IMG/VR virus record: IMGVR_UViG_3300026488_000021
Location: 18,023-82,022 of that record
DNA from: a virus
Length of the DNA: 64,000 bases
Reading direction: 5' to 3' (one strand)
The position numbers were made by a program, and so were the translations under genes. Under the pieces are notes generated by a model, which saw nothing but the letters and a program-made list of their open reading frames with translations, was not told the DNA's origin and did no database searches. Each line of letters opens with the position of its first letter. Position 1 is the first letter of the stretch. Positions 25,084 to 35,775 of this stretch are shown here, one piece after another.

Positions 25084-25749
25084 CTATTTTTTATCAGATA
25101 AAGCTTTTCTCCATTCGTCTGCAATCTTCTTTAGTTCTTCTGTATTTACTTTTCATTTTTCTATTAACTGTTTTAGATTATTTTCTTTAGCCCATTGTTG
25201 TCTCACTATCTCAAACTCTTCAACTGTCTTAGGATTCTTAGTTGCAATATATTCTGCAAAGTCTGCTACATAATCTTTATCTGTATTATCAACAATTTTC
25301 TCAGCTTTCTTCTCAACTTCTTCAAATGTTTTTTCAATAGCTTCTTCCTCTTGTGGGAATTCGAAGATCTTAGCTACATATTTTAATGCATCTTTAAATG
25401 CTCTAGCCCTCAATCTTGATATCCCACCATACAATCCGTCACTAAGTAATGTTTTACTAGTAAGATTCAAAGCACCTAATCCTTCAAACACTCTTCAATC
25501 TTTTAATGTAATAACACAAGTTTGTAGCAAAGCCACAGCTGAATTAGAACTAGCCAATTTTTCGACTGGTTTAAATTCAACTCTTTCTAGGATATCTAAC
25601 TGTCTTGCTATATCTCTAATAAATTTTACATCAACATATTCTTGTCATTTAAAATCCTTCTTTAGAATATCAGTTGGTAGATATTCATTTATTGAATACT
25701 CTTTTCCTTCAATAATTACCTTAGTTGTAGTAGCTTTTTTTGTAGCCAT
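25084..25749 (-). CDS. Sak/Rad52-like ssDNA annealing protein
   Basis: KGQEYVDV...CVITL.DG..EGLG...ARAFKDALK; close to the Cas4-like exonuclease. Confidence 0.6.
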
Positions 25750-25760
25750 TATTATTTAGT

Positions 25761-26108
25761 TTAAGATTTAAAATATTTTTCATAAGCTTTTTTAGGAATT
25801 TTGTTCCCATATTTTTTCTTGTAATAATAATACATCTGATCTCAGATGTACTTAATAGCCTTGTGTTTAGGTGGTAGTTCTACTAAATTATCTTCTATAA
25901 GATAATCTTTAATATCAAGTCAAAGTTCTTCTACCATTTTTTTAATCCTCTTAAACACTTTGTCTGTAAAATACTTAACTCTTTTATCTTTAAGAACCTG
26001 ATAAGACAATCAGTACTTTCAATAAACCTCACCTAATGTCTTACCAAGTTCAATTACTTTCTTTTTTACATCTTTTGTAAGTGTATCTGTATCAACCTTT
26101 GTAAGCAT
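25761..26108 (-). CDS. Hypothetical protein, possible HTH regulator
   Basis: ELGKTLGEVYGKYGLSYQVL helix-turn-helix-like segment. Confidence 0.45.
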
Positions 26109-26130
26109 TCTTATTCTTATTATTTACAAT

Positions 26131-28478
26131 TTAAATAGTATCATTTATTAAATCTTTTATAATTATTTTTAACCAGGTTATATCTTCTCTTAAACAATCA
26201 TCATATTCTAGTTCATTCAATTTTAATATATCTAGAACATTTACTTCTTTACTATTCAAAAGACTTAATAATTTTTCTGGACAGTTAAATTTGTCTTTAT
26301 CCCGCTCTATAATTTGCTCTACATTAACCCTCATTTTAATTTAGTTATTAGATAAAAAAGTTTCCCAACTCTTTCATAAAAACTCTTTTCTCTTTTTGAG
26401 ATATATTTCATAATCTTTTTTATTACTAACCTCATACATTACAACATCATTCGCAAAGATGTTATAATATCTGTTCCAATCTCATCTAACTTTTATCATT
26501 TTTGCATCTACTTCTACTAAGTGTTGATAGTTTATCATCTCGATTTTACTTTATAATATAAATATTTTCACATATAAATAAAGGATTTTACAGCTGAACT
26601 AAACAATGTTTTTAAAGCTGTAAAGAACTTGTCTTGCTCTTGTATCCATTTTTTTTGATAATCTTTTCTTAAAGTGTAATCTATAAATGTCATTTTAATA
26701 ATTATTAGGAATTAAATTCTTTCAATCTCAATACTTACCTTTGGTATTTCATCCTTCTCAATTGGAAGTTCCTTTTCTATGAACTGATAAATTTTCTCGT
26801 TCAAATCATCTATGAACTGGTCTCTTATTTCTCTTAGTGTATAAGTGTTGTCATCAGGTCATTTATATACACCATCAGGCAACATATCATCATCAGTATA
26901 CTGACTTTGGAACCAATCCCAGTATTCATATAAGGCTTTTTGTAATCTTAATTCTGGTGTCATTTTTATTTTATAAAGAAATAAATAAAAGGTCAAACCA
27001 ACATACAAATAAGTCAAACTACACTTATTAATTGTCCTTGCTTAAATATCATATCGTCCTCATATCATATCCCAATTTTCATCAATAAATCTCCAATAAA
27101 TACACAGATTAGAAATCCAATTTCCATTAATATTATTTGTAGCATTTTTATTTAGTTATAGAATAAATACTTCTAAGTAGGAACCAATATTCCTTTTCTC
27201 AGTATAAACTTATGTATTCTTGTTTTAATTTTTCGTCTTCAGGATTTTGTTGTATTCTTTCTTTTAAATCTAACCTAGCTACGAATCTAGCTAGGTCCTC
27301 TGACAAACCTAATTCTTTTGCTCTTTCATATGTCATTTTAATTACTTTGAAAATCTAAAAGTATCTATATATCTTATTTTAACTTTAATCAGAAACCAGT
27401 TTTATGTAGCATCCTGTGTGTGTATCATTATTTATATGTAAAATATAATTTCATTTACTCTCTAATATTTTCTTTACATCTTCTTTTTTTAATTTCCTTA
27501 CTTCTTTAAGTAAAAAAGGTTCAAGCTCTCTAAGTTCTCATTTATATTTTATTTTAACTTTTTTAGAGAACTCCTTTCATAGAATATATGAGTTATACAA
27601 TTTTTTTAGTAACTCACATATAAAATTATAATTATATTCATAGTAAATGTAATTTATTCTTATTTTCTTAATTTTAGTATTAGGATTAAGTAGTCTAGAT
27701 ATAGTATGTAAATCTCAATCTTCGTTAATTAAATAAAAATCCGTTAGAGCAATTATACTATAATCCTTGTCATCTATAAGTAATGCCTGATCAAAGAAAC
27801 ATCAAAATTCATTAAATGCAGTTATATATTTTCCTATATCCATTTTTCAAATTTATTATGTTGTAAAAGTACTTTTATCTCTTCTCATGTTAAATATTTC
27901 TTTATTTTCTTTTCTAATTTATTTTTTAATTTTTTAAAGATATTTATTTTCATATCTAAAAAAGAAATCTCAGTAACACTAGATATTATTTGAGAAGTTC
28001 ATTCAAAGTCAACACCACTTAACCCTACACTTAAATCTAAAATAAATAATCTTTTTGTGTTTATTCTATCCAATTCTTGTATTAATTCATCATATTTATG
28101 TCTATATGTATCAACGTATGCTAAGAATATTTTAGCATATGTTTCTATTTCTCCTATATCTCGATCAACTTCATAAGTGGGTATATTTAATTTATATTCA
28201 GTTTCTTTAGGACTAACTAGCTTTAAACATCATTTATTTAAAGATAATCAACTACTTGAATAGTATCAATTATCCTCTTTAATTTTGTATGTTACAAAGT
28301 TTTCTTTTCTAAATAAAATATGTTTTTTACTACATATTCCTTGATAAGAATATCAATATTTTGTAAGTTCATAATCTATATAATCATTATATTTATCTAA
28401 TAGTTTAATTACGTCTGGAATTATATCCGTTTTTTTAATATAATAGTCTAATTTAAATATTAACTTCATATTACTCAT
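26131..28478 (-). other. Run of small early genes: 26131-26334, 26341-26538, 26532-26693, 26712-26963, 26966-27145 (2 TM), 27148-27336, 27385-27843, 27834-28478
   Basis: Tightly tiled ATG-started ORFs with TGA=Gly and A-rich leaders; no recognisable motifs. Confidence 0.6.
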
Positions 28479-28481
28479 TTT

Positions 28482-29105
28482 TTATTCTTTTAAATCAAAT
28501 AAAATTCCCCAATCTTTTTTACATTCTACCAAACATCTCTCTGCATCTGACTTATACATAAACATTATTCCATCAATAGTCATAGCTGTTTCTAGGATGA
28601 TCTCTAATTCATTAGTATCCTTATAATAGGCTACCCTATATCATCAATGATAAGTTCAATCTTCATCCCTATTAAGTCATAATAGAGCTTTATTCTTCCA
28701 AATCCATCTTTTAATTCTTGCTAATGCTTTCCTTTTTCTTAATTCTTTTTCTGCTTCCTCTTCTGTTAAAAAAACATTTCACATTTCTAATCTTCTTTCG
28801 AATCCGCTTCATAACAATCAATCAACATCAATTATCTCTCATCTATCATTAATATAAAAGTATGCCCCACGATTTTTTAATTCATAGATACTTTTGGGTG
28901 TCTCCTCCACCTCTTCTAACCATCAATTATATTCTAGTTCTGTAATCATCCTTTCTAATATTCATAATAAATGCTCATCAACAGTTTGAAAGGATGGAGT
29001 TGTGTTATCACTACATTCCTCAAAATATACATCTCAATCTTCATATACTATTATGTCTCAAGCTTTTGCTCCAGGCAAGTCCTTTAATAATTTAAATTTT
29101 TTCAT
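28482..29105 (-). CDS. Conserved phage hypothetical protein
   Basis: KFKLLKDLPGAKAG, WLEEVE, GNVFLTEEEAEKE. Confidence 0.65.
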
Positions 29106-29145
29106 TTGTTTATTTAATTAAGTTATAAAATTATTATTTTCTTAT

Positions 29146-29472
29146 CTAGGATTTCATATTAAATGGTCAAGTAATAATTATTTTTTCATCATCAAAGATT
29201 AATACTTCTCATTTTATGTATTCTGTTGGATTAAATTCATCGTCTAATCGTTGTCAAGTAGATGGTTGTTTATATAGTGTTAACAAGAATTGTCAATCAA
29301 TATTATATACTTTATATCTTTCAAGGTTAGCATCTTCTAGCAATGCATCGAAGACTCCTTGTGATATAAATTCATTATCCATTTTTTTTAACTGTTTAAT
29401 AATGTATACTTTCTTTATTAAGTCAAATTTAAAATAGTCAAGTAATTCAAGTAATGTTCCTTTGTGTAACAT
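29146..29472 (-). CDS. Hypothetical protein
   Basis: 108-aa ORF. Confidence 0.55.
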
Positions 29473-29476
29473 TAGT

Positions 29477-30046
29477 TTATTTTGTTAAAAAATTAAACAC
29501 ATAATTGAAGTGTCTCCATCAGTTCGGACAATGATATCTATACATTCCCGAACTAGCTTCTTCAGTACAATATCTACTCAAAGATGGTCTTCAGTTTAAG
29601 CTGTAGAAAAATCTAGCTCAACCTTTCCATCTCCAGGTATACCAGTATTTGGTATACCTTGACAACCAATCGTCTAGATTTTCTGATAGGTTTTTGAAAC
29701 CGTATACTTTAACTCACATACATTGACCTTTCCAACAGTGCTTGAATCCTCAACTTTCAGCCATAGCTATTCAAGCAGTAACTATAATACAATTTTCTAC
29801 ACTTCAAGTTATTATCCACTTCTTGCATTTATTGATAACGAGTGAAGATTCATAATCACTAAATCAAAGCTGCCTCATTCAGTTGTATAATTCAACTGCT
29901 CTTTCTCACCAGCAGTATCACCATACAACTTTTTTACATCCAAGCGGTTCGTAGTTGTATGCTTTAGTTTGAACCGCTCAGATAATGATTAATACAATTC
30001 CGCTAGCTACTAGTAGTGTAGCTAGCCAGGTTAGGTTCTTACTCAT
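29477..30046 (-). CDS. Exported/membrane-anchored lysozyme-like protein
   Basis: N-terminal hydrophobic segment LATLLVASGIVLIIIGA, GIAMAESGG motif, multiple Cys, SRYC...CPNGW. Confidence 0.55.
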
Positions 30047-30064
30047 GTTGTTTTTGTTTATTTT

Positions 30065-32939
30065 TTAAAAGCTTAAAGATATTATTCATTTTTCTATTTT
30101 TTGTTTTGCTTCTTCAATTTTTTTTATAGAGTATCATTCATCTTGCAATTTCTTTACAATACAATCCCAATCTCCTCAACATTCTTTCTCTGCTGTAAGA
30201 TACTCTGCTAGACTTACCTGATAATAATCATCCTTTTTTAAATATATAGTTAAAAAGATAAATAACAAATCACTTCAATAATTTATTCTTATTTCTTTAT
30301 TATTCCAACTACACTTAGATAAAGCTAACTTCATGTTGTTTTCCACGTCATTGTTAGCTCTCATAGCTAATTTTTTAATACAATTCTTTTTATTTAAACC
30401 TTGTAAATCTTTAGTATACCATAACATTGTTGCGTGATACATATCAACTAATAGATATTCCTTGTATTCTTTTTTAGGAATATATTTTCAGTCCATAACT
30501 ATCTTTATTCATTTTTTATTTACATAATCTGTAATATAATCTAGAATTATTTCTGCAGCTTTTTCGTTTATATTATACATTTTTTTTATTTTTAATTTTA
30601 AAATTCTTCTATTAACTTAAACAAATCTATTAACTTTATCCTTCATGTTTTTGTTTCTATATAAACCCTTAATCAAGGGTATCTGTGCACATCCTCACTA
30701 TATTCTCAATCTAGTTTATCCATCAGTGCTACAAATCTATCTTCCATCTTAAAGACATCTGTACTTGAATATACATCATCTGAGAAAATAAAGCTTCAGT
30801 CTGCTTCAATTATCATTTCTCTTTTACCAGTATCATAACGTTTTAGTTTTACTTCGTATTCTACTTCCTTTTGTAACTCTTCCTTAGTGTATTTTTTTGT
30901 AAATAGTCAAGGAATAATATAACTTTCTCAATCTTTACTTTTTTGAGGAATTATAGATTTATCTACAAATGCTAAAGTCATATTTATTTATTTAGAATGT
31001 AAAATATTTTTAATAGCTATCTTAAGATAGCTTATCTCACAAGTAGCAGGGGTCATATCGTATACTCTTTTTAAATATTTTACTACTTGTGGCAGGATAC
31101 CTTTTTCTTTACAAAAGGTATATAATTCTTGTTTAGTCATCTGTCTAGTAAATTAAAAATTAAAAAGATTTTCTAGTTTTAACCAACTGTTGAAGGATAT
31201 CTCTTAAAACATGTTCTTCAACGGTTGTTATAGTCCATCACTTTTCTTTTAGTTTTTCTTGTAGTTTTGTTATTAAGTTTAAATCTTGAGCTGTTTTTAA
31301 CATTTCATTATAGTTTTTATTTTCTAACATTTTTTTCTTTTTAATAAGTAAAAATATCTTCAGGTCGTTTATATTCTCAATCAGGTTCTGCTCATTCTAC
31401 TAAATCTATATAATCGTCTTCATCTTTAAATTTTACTTTAAGTATACCCCGTTTAATAAATGCATCTTCTATATCGTCTATAGTTTTTCAGTATTCTTCT
31501 AATTTCTCAAGTATTCTTTCTCAATCAAAATCTACATAACATTTATATTCAGCTGATATACCTTCAGCTTTGCTTGATTGTATTTCTTTCAACATTTCTT
31601 TTATATTCATTTTTTTTATTTAATTAAATTATAAAATTCTTTAAAACAATTATATTTTCTACTAAATTTCACTTCTTCACAACCTATGATTTCCAATAAT
31701 CTTTTACAGTTTTCGATGTTTCTTCATTGATTAAGAAGCTCAAATTTAAACTCATCTATTAACTTAACACATCAATTTTTAGCTTCATACACGTCAATTT
31801 GATAAACTCAACAATTCACAATTCTATCTAATAACTCAACATCTCTACTTTCAAACTTATCAAATACAAGTACTACTCCTAGATGATATTCTACATCATA
31901 TGTTTTATTGTTTTTACTTTTAACTCACCATCATTTTTTATCCGAATAAGTGATGGTTATTTCATCGTCTTCAAGTTTTATTTTCTTTTTATTTGTTATA
32001 ATTGCTATGTCTTCTAATTCAGGACTTATTGGTTTGTCTTCCGACCAAATAGCAACAAGTCCAGCTTCTTTCAACTCTTTTTTAAATCCTTCTGACTGGT
32101 TTTTAAGTAAAAAAAACTTTTGATTTATTTTTTTATAAGTAATTATTTTCATTTTTATTTTTAAATTTAAGAATTAAAAACACCAGCACTTGCTGTATCT
32201 AGTAGTAGCTGGTCTTCAAGGATTTTTAGCAGGTCTTGTCTTAGACCTGCTTTTTTTGCTACTTTAACGGCTTCTTTTAACTCTTCTACTGTTCAATACA
32301 AACAAATGTTTTCTATTGCTTGGTTCACCAACCAAGCATCTTTACTTGTAAGATTTTCAATTTGCTTCTTAATATTCATTTTTTTATTTTAAGAAATAAA
32401 TATTATAGTTTATAAACTAAATTTATAGTTTAAATTATGAAGTTCTTTATCAGCATATTCATCAATTACATTATATATACCATCCTCTATTGCCCATCTC
32501 GGAGTTCACCCAGTAAATTTTATATCTACATAAGGAACTGTATACTCCTTATCTTCATCTTCGTTTTCTACTTTTTCTGCTATATAACTAATAAGTTTAT
32601 TCAATGTTTTAGTATAATCAATTTTTCAATCTATTGTGTATCCTTTTAGATTTACCTTTTCTTCTTCATTAATCTGTTCTATGATTTCTTCTAATACATT
32701 CTCTCTTGCAATCTGAAATATTCTTTCTAAAACATCCATCCTTAAATCATTAAGATAGATATATACACTTTTTATCATTACTTTTTTTAATTAAGAAATA
32801 AAAACTGGTACTATCTATTTATATAGTACCAAAAGCCGTGCTTCTTGCAATAAGTCAGAAGCCGGCTCCTTCACTCTTTATCTAAGCCATATTTTAATAG
32901 GGCTTTAATAAGCCTCTTAATCCTTCTAAGTTGTTTCAT
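30065..32939 (-). other. Run of small early genes including 30065-30580, 30598-30981, 30988-31140, 31341-31610, 31616-32152, 32410-32778, 32811-32939
   Basis: ORFs preceded by A-rich leaders (often AAATAAAAAAATG), with hairpins between some. Confidence 0.6.
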
Positions 32940-33014
32940 TTTTTTTATTTATAAAATATAAAAAACCTGGAATCTCTAAATTAAAGAAATTAATCTACGT
33001 AGAACTTAGCTTCT

Positions 33015-33317
33015 CTAACTTCCCGCTCGTCTGCAAGGCACGCACATACCTGCTTTTCGAGCTGCTAAGTCCTGGGCTTCTTCATAATTAGAAGCCCGAA
33101 TTAAATCGTTCAGTTGTAGCACACCTTGGTGATAAGCTACAACATGATATGGACGCAAGATTTCTGCGTCCATAAACTTTTTAGCAAATTCAACAGCTTC
33201 CTCATAGCTGTTGAATTCTTTTTCAAAGTCAGCAACCCTTCCTGATGGGTTGTTATTATCCTCAAAGTAAGGGTCGTAAGTATAGACCCTTACTTTATAT
33301 TTTTTAAATTCTTTCAT
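33015..33317 (-). CDS. First gene of the leftward (early) transcript, hypothetical
   Basis: 100 aa, no TGA, repeated (S/N)YEEA motif. Confidence 0.7.
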   Translation of the reverse strand: MKEFKKYKVRVYTYDPYFEDNNNPSGRVADFEKEFNSYEEAVEFAKKFMDAEILRPYHVVAYHQGVLQLNDLIRASNYEEAQDLAARKAGMCVPCRRAGS

Positions 33318-33339
33318 TTTTTTATTTTTAAAGAATAAA

Positions 33340-33928
33340 ATATAAAAACACGATAAGTCGTGCTTTTATATTTGCGGTCGACTATATTTTTTTCTGGAGC
33401 CTCGACCGCAAGGCTCAACAGGAGTCTTTTTTGTTTAACCGGTGTTTCCCCTCACCGGTAAAACCACCCGTGTAAATATATTTAATCCAAGAGGCGAGCC
33501 AGGCGGTGCTTTGAACTCGCCCCTTGTTGAATTTAGTTTTTATCCTATCTCGAGCTATAACCAGTAGGCAACTACTCCTACTGGAAACGCTCGACCACTC
33601 GCCCCGTCGGTCCGTTGCTCGTCCACACCAACCAAGCGTAAGCTACGCTACACGCCCAGCCGGTGCTTCATCCAAGCTGTCCCCCGCTTCGGGGCGGTGG
33701 ATGCGGAGCCGGAGCCCCGCTAATGTTAAATATCTACCCTTTTAACTGATAAGCAAGGGGTAGGACCAGCCGTCCTTGCTTACCAGCCCAGCCCAGGAAT
33801 TGAAACCTATAGGCTGGTAGCAGGTTTTAGCCCCTGCTAGGGCTTTATAAGTATTACGGCTTAATACCGTAACACTATCAAGGAACTTCGTTTTAGCCCC
33901 TCCGTCGGGGTATCCGTTCCCTGATGCT
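33340..33928 (-). ncRNA. Putative ~600-nt highly structured leader / large ncRNA
   Basis: GC-rich island between a promoter and the first early ATG; more than 10 hairpins; repeated GGGGCTAAAAC. Confidence 0.55.
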
Positions 33929-33934
33929 GTTAGT

Positions 33935-33962
33935 AGTATAATCATTTTTTTAAAATTTTCAA
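33935..33962 (-). promoter_or_regulatory. Early promoter
   Basis: TTGAAA-N16-TATACT, embedded in the inverted repeat AATCATTTTTTTAAAA...TTTTAAAAAAATGATT. Confidence 0.65.
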
Positions 33963-33981
33963 GACTTTTTTAAAAAAATGA

Positions 33982-34234
33982 TTTAGATTGTATAGAAGGA
34001 GTTTTAATAAAAGCCTTATTGAAGCTGGTTTTTAGGTGTTATACAATGTAAAAAAAATAAAAATTAAATTATAGGTATGTAAAAAAAATAATGAAATATG
34101 TTTCATAATGCGTAAAATTTTGAAATTATAAATTTTTATAGGTATAAAAAAAAAAAATAAAATTTTACATTGTATAGTGGTTTAAACCCTAGTATATATG
34201 GGGTTTCTCAAAGATGGGGTCTATACAATCTAAA
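33982..34234. repeat. Two inverted 72-bp arms flanking an AT-rich core; putative replication origin
   Basis: Each arm = TTTAGATTGTATAGA-N43-TATACAATGTAAAA (33982-34053 and reverse complement of 34163-34234). Confidence 0.6.
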
Positions 34235-34863
34235 CGTTTTTGTGTAAAAGAGAATTGAAAGATTTAAAAGGTTATTATAGAGACACTAGATGTATAATAA
34301 GTAATTAGACATACTTAAAATAAAAAAGTAAGATAAAAAAGGATTGAAAAAGTTAAAAAGAGAGTTTGAATTTTTTTGATTTTTTAAAAAATTTTTCTTC
34401 ATCTATTAGTTTAGTTTACATAAAATATAATTTATGTAAAGTAGACCGGGGGGGTGCGGGGGGGGTGGCGCGCACCGCACAGGACGCGTGTAAAGCAGAC
34501 CGCAGGTTAAACCTAGAATGTAGGGCTAAGGTCTGAAAAGTATAGGAAGAAACTTTGTGAAATTGAAAATCTCGCAAGTTTGATGTGCTGTAAGGTGTAT
34601 CTATCGTCAGCAACCAAAAAACTTTAAAATTTGAAAAAATCGTAATGAAAGTATGCGGGGTTTCGGCGTCAATTTTACCCTAAAATTTTGTAGGGCTAGC
34701 TTGTCTACCCCAAGCCTTACCCAACCGTTGTGTCGCTGCGCCGCTTCTTTGTTGTCTTCATTGTTTTCTTTCCGCTTGTTTGTCCGCTAATAATACAGCT
34801 TTCCTCTTCTTTCTTCGGGGGCGCCCCTCCCCAAGGTACTTCTTTTTTGTAGGGCTTATCCAA

Positions 34864-34926
34864 TTCCCTCCTAAAAACCTTCCGATTAAACAACCTTCCC
34901 TCCCAAACCTCCGATTAAACAACCTT
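34864..34926 (+). repeat. Imperfect ~30-bp tandem repeat
   Basis: TTCCCTCC..AAACCT(T)CCGATTAAACAACC twice. Confidence 0.7.
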
Positions 34927-35163
34927 AAACCTACTAATTAAGGATTTAAACCTCTAACTTAAAACCTAAACTTACACTTACTAATTTAAATAAACTTACT
35001 AACATTACTAACTTAATCATTTTAGTATATAAACAATTTTAACTAAATACTAACAAACTCAATTTAATAAAATAAGTAAAAATACTAAGAATATTATTTT
35101 AATCAGAATATTCTTTTACTAAGAATAGTAAAACTCAAATTATACTAAAAAGCTAAGATAATC

Positions 35164-35191
35164 TTGAAACTAAACTGAATATAATTATAAT
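35164..35191 (+). promoter_or_regulatory. Rightward (late) promoter
   Basis: TTGAAA-N16-TATAAT. Confidence 0.65.
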
Positions 35192-35225
35192 GTTAGTATA
35201 TTTATAATTTAAGTAAATTACTAAA

Positions 35226-35774
35226 ATGAGAATTCAAGCAAAGACAACAGATAATATTTTGATTGAATTGAGTAAAGCATTTGGTTGAACAAAATGATTA
35301 GAATACTATATTGAGTATTTAAAGAAATGAACAACAGGGAGTGAGGTAGCTGATATGTACTTGGAGAGCAAATGATTAACAAAAGGGAACACTAGTGTTT
35401 TATCAGAAGAAAAGTTAAAAGAACAAATAAAGAAGGAATACGAAGAGAAAATGAGGAAACTTGAAGAGCAAGATGAGGAGATTATAGAGAGGTTGGAGTG
35501 AGAGATTAGTAGATTACAAGAGAAGATTGAGTATTTAGAAAAAGCTGAACCTGCTTATGATTGTGATAAAGTTATAATATCATTAGCTAATAAATTAAGA
35601 CAAGCTTATAATTATGCTGTTAGGTTATCAGATAATAAAGAGGATTGAAGTAGATATGAAAGAGATGCTAGGCTGTTGAAGAAGGAATTTGAGAAGAAAT
35701 TTTGAGTGGATATAGAGAATTATGACGAACCGATCGAGGAATTAGTAAAAAATTTTAAAGAGTTAAATAAGTAA
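35226..35774 (+). CDS. Coiled-coil hypothetical protein upstream of TerL
   Basis: 182 aa, in the usual TerS position but with no TerS motif recognised. Confidence 0.55.
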
Positions 35775-35775
35775 T

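Noticed and set aside
33524-34613. Track ORFs 33524, 33742 and 34416 (and 13222)
   Set aside because: They lie in GC-rich structured or repeat DNA, with atypical composition and no A-rich start context.
33340-35100. CRISPR mini-array to go with the Cas4-like gene
   Set aside because: No repeat of 23 bp or more recurs three times with unique spacers; the Cas4-like nuclease sits in a normal recombination cluster.
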